This document shows positions 1-10,830 of a stretch of DNA of 64,000 nt, one piece after another. Under the pieces are notes generated by a model, which worked only from the letters and a program-made list of their open reading frames with translations, ran no database searches and was not told where the DNA came from. The stretch's first letter is position 1, and each line of letters starts with the position of its first letter. Origin of the DNA: Camelus ferus (lineage: Eukaryota); NCBI RefSeq assembly GCF_009834535.1, contig NC_045699.1, forward strand, positions 56,792,001-56,856,000, written 5' to 3'. A program made the position numbers and the translations under genes.

Positions 1-309
1 GGTGTGGCCTTAGGCCAGCTGCCCCGCAAGGGTTCAGGCAATGACTCTCGTCTGGGCTACAATGCCTTCTCCTGGGTCTTCTCCCGCTACGACCAGGAAT
101 TCCGTTTCTCACACGGTGGGCAGCACGAGCCCCTGGGGCTGCTGCGTTGCCCAGCTCAGCTGGGGGTGCTGCTGGACTTGCAGGCACAGGAGCTGCTATT
201 CTACGAGCCGGCCTCAGGCACGGTGCTCCACACCCACCACGCATCCTTCCCTGGACCCCTCTTCCCAGTCTTTGCTGTGGCTGACCAGACCATTTCCATC
301 GTCCGCTGA
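1..309 (+). CDS. BSPRY: B-box and SPRY domain-containing protein, 3' part of last coding exon (SPRY C-terminus); begins before the window
   Basis: Frame reads ...GYNAFSWVFSRYDQEFRFSHGGQHEPLGLLRCPAQLGVLLDLQAQELLFYEPASGTVLHTHHASFPGPLFPVFAVADQTISIVR*, which matches the recalled BSPRY C-terminus. TGA at 307-309. Expected synteny next to HDHD3. Confidence 0.95.
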   Translation, partial: GVALGQLPRKGSGNDSRLGYNAFSWVFSRYDQEFRFSHGGQHEPLGLLRCPAQLGVLLDLQAQELLFYEPASGTVLHTHHASFPGPLFPVFAVADQTISIVR

Positions 310-603
310 CCTTTGGCCATGGAGAGGCCAGGTCTGCCTCCCCACCACCTTTTCAGGCCATGTTTCTACCCAGTGTCCCTTCCTCAAATGTTGCCTGTGC
401 CTAATGGGCAGTTTTAGGAGGGGTTCTACGTACAATGGTTAAATGCTGGGTATCTGTGAGGAACCTGCTACATCCCCGGCCTTGGTCTCCAGAATCCACC
501 ATGCATCTGCCCCTTTGAGGGTCTTGTTCACCTCTTTAACTCTGGCATCCAGCATGGTGACTGGTGCATAGTGAGTATGCAATAAACATTTGGCAAGCGA
601 GCG

Positions 604-640
604 GATGGTTGGATGGATGGATGGATGGACGGGTGGGTGG
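604..640. repeat. (GGAT)n microsatellite, probably the tail of an L2 3' end
   Basis: ggatggttggatggatggatggatggacggg follows an L2-like segment (catagtgagtatgcaataaacatttg). Confidence 0.6.
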
Positions 641-1141
641 ACAGGTCACTGAGTGCATGTGATGGATTCTTCTGGAGAATCACCACCCCCAGTATAAGCC
701 GTTCTCTGGCAGAAAAGCCTGTGACTGAAGCTCTTTCGTCCCCTTAATTCAGTGCCTCTCAATCCTTTTCATGACATGGCACATAGAGAAACTATTTTTC
801 TAACACACAAAACAATCTGGAAGGGATTTAGAACTCCTGCCAGGCTGCTGCTGGCCAGAGGACTGTGGCCTGGTGGGGGCTCTATCCTTCCCCAGGTCCT
901 GCCTGTCTACTCAGAAGGCTCAGGGGATCCTGTCTCCAGGTAACCTGTCTGCAACACACCCACCGGCCACGCAGCCTCCAGCCCGTGACCGCCTGTAGAA
1001 AAAGGGACAAATCTTCCCCCAACTGCAGCTGAGTGCCCCCACCTAAGCCTTCTCTTACATAATATGGAGACCCGGGGTGAGGTCTTCAAACCAGAAAGAG
1101 CTGAGGGAGTAAGAGGGCCAGCCTTAGGGAACATGTACTTT

Positions 1142-1147
1142 ATTAAA
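1142..1147 (+). terminator. BSPRY: Candidate BSPRY poly(A) signal ATTAAA
   Basis: TGTA element at 1134-1137 upstream and a U/GU-rich tract (tttctttcatgttctttgttggt) at about 1160-1185 downstream. An alternative AATAAA lies at 581-586. Confidence 0.5.
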
Positions 1148-2736
1148 GTTTTTAAAAGATTTCTTTCATGTTCTTTGTTGGTAATTGGAAAAAGCCCCCA
1201 CGTGCCAGCTCAGAGCTTAGCGGTGCATTTGCTGGGAAATTGATGCCTTCTTCGTCCTCATCCATATTCCCAGATATAAGCAGGAGGCAGCTCAGCATAC
1301 ATAGCTGAAAGAGCCTGAGACAGGGTTCGGTGCCCTGCGTAGCTGGGTCCAAGGGCAAGTTCCTTACTGTTCTCTGAGGAGGCCACGTTAAAACAGGGGT
1401 CCTCCTATTTTTGTTTCATCTGGGAACACAGTTCATAGGCAATCTTACCTACAGGGCTCCTAGGCTCAGAGATGGGGGCCAGAGCCCTCCCCACCCTTAA
1501 GTTTGCTCAATAATTTACTTGAAACAGTGGGTGGATCAAATCAACTTGTTTGGTAGACATGACTTCTGAGGCCCTTGCAGCTCTTGAGACCACAGCTCAT
1601 GATCCATGTCCTCACTGCCTGACACTTGGGAATTAATTCTGAATCACCTGGCCTTGGCACCAAGCCCAAGGAAGACAGACCTGCAAGAGGTATGGCCAAG
1701 TCTGAAAAGAGCTTCAGTCCACAGTTCACGGGCCCACTGCCCAGAATGCCCCTCTTACCCCTTTGCCCACTTACATTCCACCCCCAGTTCAGGGTCCCTC
1801 CAGAGCCCTCCCTGTGCTTCCCCACCTCCATGCTATATCCCTACGAGTAGGGTGCCCTTCAGGCTGCCCCCTAGGACACCTTCCCTGTTCTCCCTGAATC
1901 TCCACTGCATTGTCTCACGTGGCACAGATCCCTTTCTACTTGCAACCTAGCAGTCAAGCTGATGGGCTTTGGAGTCAGAGACATGCCTACACGGGAACCC
2001 CAGCTCCAGCAGGTACTTGCAGTGACCTCAGGCGGGCTACTTAACCCATGAATCCGTTTCCTTGCTTGTAAGGTGGAAGTCACACGACTTGGGCCCACTT
2101 GGTAGCTCTGAAGGTTATATATGCATATAAAGGAGGCCTTAGCAGAGTACCTGCCACACGGCAGGTATACATCAAGTTTCTTCTCATGACTATAATTAGG
2201 GTGTTCTTTGTCTAAATATTTCCCTTCAGACTACGTGTCCTAGAGGACAGTGTCCCCACAGTTCAGTTTAGCTCTGGGTGTTCAAATTAAGCTCCTCTGA
2301 CCTCAGGCTTCCCAGGGGGAGAGTTGCAAAGGCTTTGGGGCCTGAATGAGGGGCCCCAGGACCTCTGCTTCAACCCTAGCTGTTTCTCATTTTGCTGGTT
2401 TTGCATGTTGGGGTTCCACATAAGCTCTCCTAGGACAAAAGACCCTGCTATTAAAACAAAGTTTGAAAACTGCTAGTTTTGAAGCCAGTTGGGCTCTCAT
2501 GAATCTTGGGGGAGGTGAGGAGGACTCATGATGGAAAAGGGACACAGGTGTGATGAATGAAACATCTCAGAGACCAGGAGCTGGTTAGTGGGGCGGGACT
2601 GAAAGCCCCGCATTCACTGCTTTATAGTCAGAATGCGATATGGAGGCTTCAGGGAGAGGGGCAAAGGCCAGATCTTGAGAAGGAAGGGGCTCCTGCTTCC
2701 AATGATTGTTGGGACCAGTCACTTCCCCTACCAGAC

Positions 2737-3492
2737 TCAAAGCTGTGGGGGTGAGCTCTCTAGGTGGTCAAGGGCAGGCAGGAGATGGGGTAGTGAGGGA
2801 AGAATGTGTTCTTGGGGTATAGAATCCTTGACCTCAGGGTCCAAAGGCTCCGGGCCAGCCACCAGGAAGCTGTGCATGCCTATAGCACGTGCTCCCTTGT
2901 AATCAAGTGGGTAACTATCTCCAACATGGGCTGCTGCCGCCGGTTCCACCTGAGCAAGGCGCAAGGCCTCACGGAAAATGCGGGGGTCTGGCTTGGGCCA
3001 GCCAGCAGCCTCAGAGGTCAGCACAAATTCAAAGTGTTCCCGCAGGCCAAGACCCACTAGGATGCCCTCCAGCCGTCGGTCAAAGTTGGAGACCACTGCC
3101 AGCCTCAGACCCCGTTTTTGGCACTCCCTCAAGGTGGCCTCAGCCCCCTGCAACACCTGCCAGGTGCAGGGGTTGCTGAAGTCTTTGTACAGCTGGTCAG
3201 CGATGGGGGCCACAGCCCGGGCATCCTGAACACCGGCGCGGTGGAAGGTCTGCAAGACCACATCCAGCCACCACTGGCGGGAGGTGAGGCCATGGCTCAG
3301 GCCATAGTTGGGGAAACTGAGGCTCTGAGCCCTGTACACCTGCCAAAAGGCTTGTTCCAGGGCTGCGGCCTCTACCTCCAGCCCGTGGGCCCGGGCCTTG
3401 GTGGCATACTCCTCCCCCATGGGTTGGTGGGGCCGAAGCAGTGTGTCCTTCACGTCCCACGTCAGCAGTCGTAACTGTAGCCGGCGTGCCAT
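2737..3492 (-). CDS. HDHD3: Haloacid dehalogenase-like hydrolase domain-containing protein 3, 251 aa, single coding exon
   Basis: ORF MARRLQLRLLTWDVKDTLL... carries HAD motif I (DVKDT), II (VSN), III (KPDPRIF) and IV (GDSYPLD). Same length as the recalled human protein. The last-exon acceptor ttctag| places the exon start at 3654, and there is no upstream ATG in that UTR. Confidence 0.97.
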   Translation of the reverse strand: MARRLQLRLLTWDVKDTLLRPHQPMGEEYATKARAHGLEVEAAALEQAFWQVYRAQSLSFPNYGLSHGLTSRQWWLDVVLQTFHRAGVQDARAVAPIADQLYKDFSNPCTWQVLQGAEATLRECQKRGLRLAVVSNFDRRLEGILVGLGLREHFEFVLTSEAAGWPKPDPRIFREALRLAQVEPAAAAHVGDSYPLDYKGARAIGMHSFLVAGPEPLDPEVKDSIPQEHILPSLPHLLPALDHLESSPPQL

Positions 3493-3720
3493 GGGTCTGC
3501 AGGAGGGGGTAGTTCACCCCAGGTCTGCCTCAGATCCCAGGAGCCGAGGGGAGACTGAGCTGGACAAGACCACCCACAACCTGATGGTGTTCTCTTTCCA
3601 GGCTATGTGGGTCAGATCTGCTGGCACTTGGGTAATGTCTTCACAGCAGAGATCCTAGAATGAGACGGCAGATAAGGTGGAAGTTCAGGCCTTACAATCA
3701 GAGACAGACTGGGTTCAAAT

Positions 3721-4300
3721 TTTTTTTTAATTGAAGTATAGTTGATTTACAATGTGTTAGTTTCTGGTGTATAGCATAGTGATTCAGTTATACATATATA
3801 TTCCTTTTCATTATAGGTTATTACAAGATATTGAATATAGTTCCCTGTGCTATATAGTAGGAACTTGCTGTTTATCTATTTTGTATATATAGTAGTTTGT
3901 ATCTGTTAATCTCAGACTCCTGATTTATCTCCCTCCACATCTCTTTCCCCTTTGGTAACCATACATTTGTTTTCTATGTCTGTGAGTCTGTTTCTGTTTT
4001 ATAAGTTCATTTGTATCATATTTTAGATTCCACACATAAGTGATATCATATGATATTTGTCTTTCTCTTTCTAACTTACTTTACCTAGTATGATCATCTC
4101 TAGGTCCATCCATGTTGCTGCAAATGGCGTTACTTCATTCTTTTACCCTCTTTCCCCTTTGGTAACCGTAAGTTTGTTTTCTATGTCTGTGAGTCTGTTT
4201 CTGTTGGTAAATAAGTTCATTGTGTCATTTTTTAAGAATCCACATGTAAGTGATGTATTTATCTTTCTCTGACTTACTTCACTTAGTATGATAATCTGCA
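3721..4300 (-). mobile_element. 5'-truncated L1 3' end inserted into a MIR
   Basis: Poly-T then aattgaagtatagttgatttacaat..., a typical L1 3' UTR in reverse. TTCAAAT target-site duplication at 3714-3720 and 4301-4307. MIR sequence resumes after 4307. Confidence 0.85.
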
Positions 4301-5559
4301 TTCAAATTCTGATGCTGCCAACTTACTGTATGACCCTCTAAGTGTCACTATCTGAAGCCCTGTCTCCTTATTTGTAAGAAGAGCACAATGACCCAACCTC
4401 ACAAGATTGCTGGAATAAATGAAATTATCTGTTCATTCTACCTATTATGTGCCAGGTGCTGGGAAAGGGACAGATTTCTATCCCTCAAGGCATTTACAGG
4501 CATTAAAGAAGAGAGGATTCAGATATTTGAAAAGAAATACAATAATACTTAAGCATAATGAAGGCAGCATGGACCATGAGGATACAAATCCAGAAACCCA
4601 ATCTAGTCTTTGTTGTTGGAGACACTTCCTAAGCAACTGAAGTTTCAGTGGAGAGCTGAAGAATGACTGACTATTCAGGAAATGGAGGTGGTTAAATGTT
4701 CCTGACACTGGAAACAGTAAGTGCAAAGGTCCTCAGGCAGGGCAAGGAGTCTGGTGCTTTAGGTAGACAGGGACCAGCTCAGACAGGGCCTTGTAGGTCA
4801 AGGTAAGGAAACAATTACTACTACTGCTATTACTATTGTTAGGAATGCCAAAGACAGAAGAGTCTTTGCAGACCATCTGACCAACTGCCTGGCTGTTCAA
4901 CTGGGAAGACTGAACCAGGGAGGGGCAGATACTTGCCTAAAGTCACAGCAAGTCAGTGGCACAGCCAGGACTAGAACCCAAACCTCCAGTATTAGACATA
5001 TTTGGATTTTTAAAAACTGATTTTGGTGAACCTGTACAGCACAGGATAAAAGGCAGGACAGAGCCTGGCTGTGCTTGTTTTAAATCCTCTCTGAGCTCCA
5101 GATGATTTGCCTGCCTGGGTGGAGAGCCAGTGAAAGGATTACTGACTCAGTGCACAGAAAACAAGTTCCTCAGACTAATGTCTAGAGATTGGAGGCTGCT
5201 TTTTGCTCCCAGACAGAGCTGATTGCAGAAATCCAACTTGTTCAGCTGAAACCTGAGGGGCCAGAGTTCAGAGTGCAGCCAGGTTGTTGCTGAGGGACGG
5301 ACTTGGCTGGTAAATCAAGGGACAAGTCTTAAAGGAAGTTTGTCAAGGAAATGAATTTAAGACAATCTGAAACTTAGGGAGACCTTATCCAAAGGCCCTC
5401 TCACTTTGCAGGTGGTAGACGGAGGACAGTGAGGGGCGGGAATTCGCCCCGAGTCAAGCAGGGAGCCACTGGCAGAGCTAAGACTAGAACAAAGTTGCTC
5501 TGGCTCCCGATCCACAGCGTTTTCCATTTCTGGACGCTGGAGTTGGGGACTCTGGCTGC

Positions 5560-5960
5560 AGGCCTGAATTGCTCACCCTCTCTCCCCACCTCCAGGGCTC
5601 GGTGGCGGCAAAGTCTAGGTAACCCGCGGCTCGAGCGACATCTCAACCGCTGCCGCATCTCAAACCCTGCGGCGCCAGTCCTCGGGGCCCACGACCTACC
5701 TGCCTCGTGGGGGAAAGCCGGTCAAGAAGGAAGCCGTAGCCTCATGTCCGCTTGGGAGACGGCGCACATGCTCAGCGGCACCCTTATACTCCGGGATCCC
5801 AGCCCTCCGACCGCCCCCCGCCCCGCCCCGCCCGCCCCTCGCCCCGCCTCGCTCCGCCCCCTCTTCCTCCCCTCCGCTCTTTCCCTCCGCACCGTCGCCT
5901 CCTTCCACTCGGCGCTCTTGTTACCCGTCCTCACGCACTCCTCTGTCCTTCCTGTCCCTT
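5560..5960 (-). promoter_or_regulatory. HDHD3: HDHD3 CpG-island promoter and non-coding exon 1
   Basis: CpG-dense region with a tandem GC-box cluster (ccgccccccgccccgccccgcccgcccc) at about 5811-5870. Minus-strand donor CAG|GTAGGT gives an exon end at 5700. Confidence 0.75.
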
Positions 5961-6484
5961 CTGTGACCCTCTGCCCCTTCGTAAGACTCCACAGCTCTCA
6001 GTTCCCAGTCCCGTATCCTTCCGTCCTCTACCTTGCGTCTCACCGTCACCTTGCACCCTTTACGCCTCTTTACGTCCCCCATGCCCTAGCCATCCCTCAA
6101 CTTTGCGCCCCTTTCTGTTCTCTTTCTGCTGTGTCTCCTCCTCCACTTCCAGGCTCCTCCGCCTCCCTTGGGTGTGGACCCCAGCTGGAAGGTGCTCAGG
6201 CTGACTTGGGGAAGAGGCGATTTGGGTCCCTGTCTGACTTGCTGAGTGCTGGGTAAACTTGGATAAGGCGTTGCCCCTCTCTGGTCTGAGTCCCCAGCCC
6301 GTACCAAGAGGGAATTGCTTTCACCTGGAAACTTGTCTTAACGCAAAACGATTTGCTGAGGGTACTGCCGTTTGCAGTAACCTGCTTTTTTTTTTTTCTT
6401 TTTTTAATGAAAAAAAAAGTAGTCATACTCATCTTATGTTTAAAAATACACAGTGTACAAAGCAAAAGGCAAAAACCTAACCTC

Positions 6485-6690
6485 ATCCATTCACTTACTG
6501 AACATCTACTTCGTGCCTGACACTGCTCTTCACTGAGGATACAGTGAAAAACAAGAAGGAATTCCTGCCTTCATGGAACATGGGAGGGGCAGAAATCAGG
6601 TAAGTATACAAGATTTCAGAAGTGATAAAAGCTATGGAGGTAGAAAACAGTGGTTTCATGCACAGTGACAGGGGACATCTTTGGATGAGC
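6485..6690 (-). mobile_element. L2 3' fragment
   Basis: catccattcacttactgaacatctact...gtgcctgacactg...gatacagtgaaaaacaag matches the recalled L2 3' end in reverse. Confidence 0.65.
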
Positions 6691-6695
6691 CAATT

Positions 6696-7308
6696 TGTTA
6701 CTGAAAAATCAGCCTTCGTAACCTGGAAAGACGAATTCAAACTCAGAGACAGAGTTCTTGGGAGCAAAAGAAAAGAATAGCTTTATTGCTTTGTCAGGCA
6801 AAGGGTACCAGAGCAGGCTGAAGTCTCAAAGACTGTGAACCCATCTGGGGATTGGGGCTTTGTGATTATATAGACAAAGGGGTTGGAGCATAAAGGTGAC
6901 AACAATCAACAGGGGTCTCTGGTGAAACTTCCTCCTAAATCTTAATGAGTCCGTCTGGTGTCATGGGACGTTCTGGTGGTCTAGGAGGTCATCAGCCCGT
7001 GACCTCCTTTACCTGGTCAGGCTTACCTGGTGCCACAGAGAAACTCTGGAGGTCATTCTCCTGTGGTTATTGTTCCTTGACTCTTCACCTGAAACATAGC
7101 TCCTGGCTTAAGGGACGAGTTGTTTAGGGCATGATACAGTCATTGGGGTGGGGTTGCTAAGCATGTAGGCAGTTAAGCAGCTAAAACAGTGACAGGGCCA
7201 TTGTATAGCAAGAGGGAAAACAAGTTAGAGTGAATCATGCAGAGGGAACTATTAAGCAGTCGTAGCATTAAGGAAGCCATTTCGGTAGTTAGGCTTTTCA
7301 CTCTTTCA
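6696..7308 (-). mobile_element. ERV1-class LTR (3' LTR), about 613 bp
   Basis: TG...CA termini on the minus strand (7308 to 6696), preceded by a purine-rich PPT-like tract. TATATAA at 6872-6866 and AATAAA at 6787-6782 are in U3-R-U5 order. Directly adjoins the env remnant. Confidence 0.75.
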
Positions 7309-7479
7309 GATCCCCACTGTTAGTTCATTCCTTCCGTTTCTATGGAAATAGGGAGATGGGCGTCATTCTCATCTGTTGAATGGGGGCGTTGTCTGGGGCA
7401 GTTTTTGATGGAAGGAATGAACGTGATCAGACCAACTATTAGGGGGTTTTAAAAGAGTCTTAGTGGTTTTTATTCACAA

Positions 7480-8520
7480 AGGTGAAGTATACAGCATAGT
7501 ACTAATCTAATTAGTATATAAACAAAGAAGTCCCATTATTAGTATAGAGAGCAAAAACTGAAATGTTCCAAGAAAGATAGACCGAAGGCCTTGAGGAATC
7601 CAAGAAAATAGGCCTGAAAACCAGTTGGTGACCTTGGTATTTCTTTTGCATAAGCACTGGCATCCCTGATATTCTGGATCTGAGATTTCATGTCACTTAG
7701 AAGTGAGGTTATGTTACCTGATTCATCAGATATGAATGTACAGCATGTGGTGTGAATTACAGCACAAGTTCCTCCTTGTGAGGCCAGTAGGATATCTGAG
7801 GCCATTCAATTTTATAAAACTGCCTTTCTCATTAGCTGAACTTTAAAAGAGTTTAAAAGAGACAGGCCTCGTTGGCTGTCATTTAGGGCTTTTTGGGTAA
7901 ACTTAGCCAGTGCTTCTACATGTAAAGCTACGCTTTCCAACCCAATATTGGGGACAAAGAAGTTTGGCAAGTGATCATACCATTTGAAAACAGAATGGCT
8001 CCATCAGGAATTGAAGTAAGGCAGGTTGGCAGTAAGTGTTTTTGGCAGGGTAGCATATTTATGGCCTTGGGCCCAAGGGAATCCCAGTGTGTACCTTCCT
8101 ATCCAGCCAGGGCCAAAGGTTGGTGCCACATGGGTTCCAGTTGGAGCCATCCAGACAAATTAGGCCTCTCAAGCCTGTTGGTAGCCAACCAATCACTGGC
8201 TTTTAAGAATATGAGGTGATCACATCATTCTAAAGGAGTCCACCCACATTGTCTAGTAGAGTTTGGCCAGTGAGAATGGGTATGGTTTTGTTGTTCCCAA
8301 CCTAAGGGGGCTTTCATATTTAACCTTCCATATTCAGGAGTAAGCCAGCAGCTGCCATCCCATATGTGATTAAATCCTTCTTTTATTCTGTATGGATTTT
8401 GTGGATTTTAATTTTTTTCAGGGTTTTTTATCCCCATAATTCAATTGCCACAGTCATACAATTCTCAAGGGTGGCACTTAAGGAGAACGAGAAATTGTGA
8501 ACTGACATATTCACAGTCTT
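7480..8520 (-). pseudogene. Endogenous retrovirus gamma-type env remnant (SU C-terminus and TM)
   Basis: Minus frame reads *WSHSVFKWYDHLPNFFVPNIGLESVALHVEALAKFTQKALNDSQRGLSLLNSFKVQLMRKAVL*N*MASDILLASQGGTCAVIHTTCCTFISDESGNIT. This is a decayed immunosuppressive domain (LQNRMALD-type) plus CX6CC at 7740-7766. Upstream lies a CGTNLWPWL...IGR.TLG-like SU segment with frameshifts. Confidence 0.9.
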
Positions 8521-8769
8521 TTGTTTTTTTTTTAATAGGCCACTTTAGCAGCTCAGAACTGGTCATTTCAGCAGGGAGTATATGATCACCCAAATGATTT
8601 TTATTTCCATCAAAGCCCAAGGCATATTTTTGTGCATGAATGAATTTTGTCAATATTTCTCTTTGAGAAGCCAAGTTTCTCACATGAGGGCTTTTTTTCT
8701 TGAGAGTCTCATCCAAAAGCACTAAGTAAATCCACGCTGGGCATATGAGACACACATGTCTCTTTAAAA

Positions 8770-9500
8770 TTTCATTTACTTATTTTTTTCAGTTAACTTT
8801 TAAAAAGATATGTCATACATAGAGGAAAGTGCAAAGAAGTGTACAAGTCCTTGAAGTCTTACAAAGGGAACATACCTATGACCAAGAAAAAGAACATCTC
8901 CAGACCCTGGAGCTCCTGTCCTGTCTCTGTCACTTACCCCACAAAGGGGAGTCACTACCTTGACTTCTTACTGCATGGTTATACTTGTTCTGAACTTGCT
9001 TCCTTTGCTCAAAATTTTACTTGTAAGATTTATTTGTTGCTATGAGTAGCTGTAGGTCATTCATTCTCCTACCTGTGATATCCCATGATATGAACATACC
9101 ACATTTTATTGTTGATGGACATTTGGGTTATCTCTAGTTTTTGGTTATTACAAATATTAGAAAATGTTGCTATGGACATTCCTGAACATGTCTTGGTGAC
9201 GTGTGCACACATTTCTGTTGGGTAAATCCTTTGATGTGGAATCACTTAGCCCAGGTATGCCGATGTCCAGTTTCAATAGATGGGGCCCGTTTTTCTGAAG
9301 TGGTTATACCAGTCATGTCTGAGAGTTCCCCTTGCTCCACATTTGTGACAGTTGGGACTGTCTCTCTTTTTAAAATTTTAGGCATTCTGATGGATGTATG
9401 GTGGTATCTCGTAGTTTTAATTAGAATTTCTCCATTGTATTGGCCTTTTTCATATATGTATTGGCTAAGTTTTCATTTAATTTACACAAGTAACAAGACT
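8770..9500 (-). mobile_element. Old L1 (L1M-type) 3' fragment bounding the ERV remnant
   Basis: Typical reverse L1M 3' text (ttgatggacatttgggttatctctagtttttggttattacaaat...gctatggacattcctgaacatgtc...). Confidence 0.75.
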
Positions 9501-9789
9501 ATATCCTTGTTAGATATAATACATGAATATAGAAATGTACTTGAAGCTGAGGTCATACATAAAAGGTAATACATAAAAAGATAAAGTCCCTCTAAAAGCA
9601 ATCCCTTCCCTAGTTTTGAGCACTGGGCTTGGAGTTAAGAGGCCTGAGTCCAGCGATGGTCTGCCACTGGCTTGTGTAAATTTGGACAAGTCCCCTCTGA
9701 GTCTGCCTCTTGTCTATAAAATTAGAGTGTTAACTAGATGGACCATAAGAAGCTCTTTACTTTGATATCCTGAGCACTGTTTCCGTGAT

Positions 9790-10830
9790 TACAAGAAACT
9801 CCATGTGGTGGGGATGGCCGTTTGCCCCCATCTCTTCTCTTCATCTTCCTTAGTAACTGAACCTGAGTTTCAGTTGAGCATGCAGCTGCCCCACCTGACT
9901 GTATTTTCCAGCCTCCCTTACACAACTAGGTGTGCCCATGTGATTAAGTTCAGACAAGGGCAGAGGGATGTGTGCAACGTTTGAGTTGTGCCCTTATAAA
10001 AAGGCATCTTGCCCTCCACTTGCCCGTCTCCTCTTTCTGAGGACTGAAGAGAGGGCCTGATGGTGGAACTGGACCCACCCACCACCTGTGATCACGAGGT
10101 GAAGCTGAGATATGCTGAGGATGGTAGAACAAGGCAGGAGCCCTGACCCTCATACCATGTAACTGACATCGCCTGGACAACTTAGAAACATTTCCATCTG
10201 AAGCTATCGTTATTTTGGCTTAGAGCACTGAACTTGAATCCTAATACAGGGTGACTGGGGAATGACTTCAAATTGGGTGTCAGGGCAGGTTTCTTTAAGA
10301 AAGTGACACTTAAACCAAGATCTTAACAATTGAAAAGGAGACAGCCATACAGATTTGGAGTGAAAGCATTCTAGGCAAAGAGGATGACCACTGGTGCATA
10401 ATCTCTGAGATCCCACCAGCCTTCTGTGTGAGGGAGACCTCACCAATCATGGTGCCACATCTCCAATGCTGTTGTTTACAATGACCGAACCAAGAGGCTG
10501 GTCATGTGACCTGAGCAGGGCCAATCAGAAACCTCTATAGATTTAATATGTGAATAATGGGATAGTAATTATCTGCCCTTCTCTGGAATTATGTATCTTA
10601 AGGATTTATAATTGTCTAAGGGTCATGTTGCTGTCAAGTGGCAAAATCCCACCCTAGAATAAAGCCAAGGCAAACCTACATGAGAGCTGGGAAGGGACAG
10701 AGGTCTCTGTGAGAATCTTTGACCCTAAATCCAGCCACACTTGACCTTATCACAATCCAGCTGTGAAAACCAGTTATTTCCTTTTTTTGCTATTGAATTG
10801 GGTTTCTGTCACTTGTAACCAGGAGTACCC
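9790..10830 (+). mobile_element. Ancient ERVL/MaLR-type LTR fragments interrupted by an L2 piece at about 10270-10430
   Basis: Segments resembling cattttccagcctccctt...ctaggtgtgcccatgtgattaagtt and ggtcatgtgacctgagcagggccaatcag...gggtttctgtcacttgtaacc. Subfamily not determined. Confidence 0.5.

Noticed and set aside
41-442. 133-aa ORF overlapping the BSPRY end
   Set aside because: Alternative frame of the GC-rich coding exon with no independent support.
5429-6256. 275-aa minus-strand ORF across the HDHD3 promoter
   Set aside because: Pro/Ser/Leu-rich low-complexity translation of a GC-rich CpG island. No true ATG start context or recognisable domain.
7539-7805. 88-aa ORF as a functional captured env (syncytin-like) gene
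   Set aside because: It starts in the middle of the immunosuppressive domain after two stops, and lacks a signal peptide, an intact SU and a furin site. It is a pseudogene fragment.
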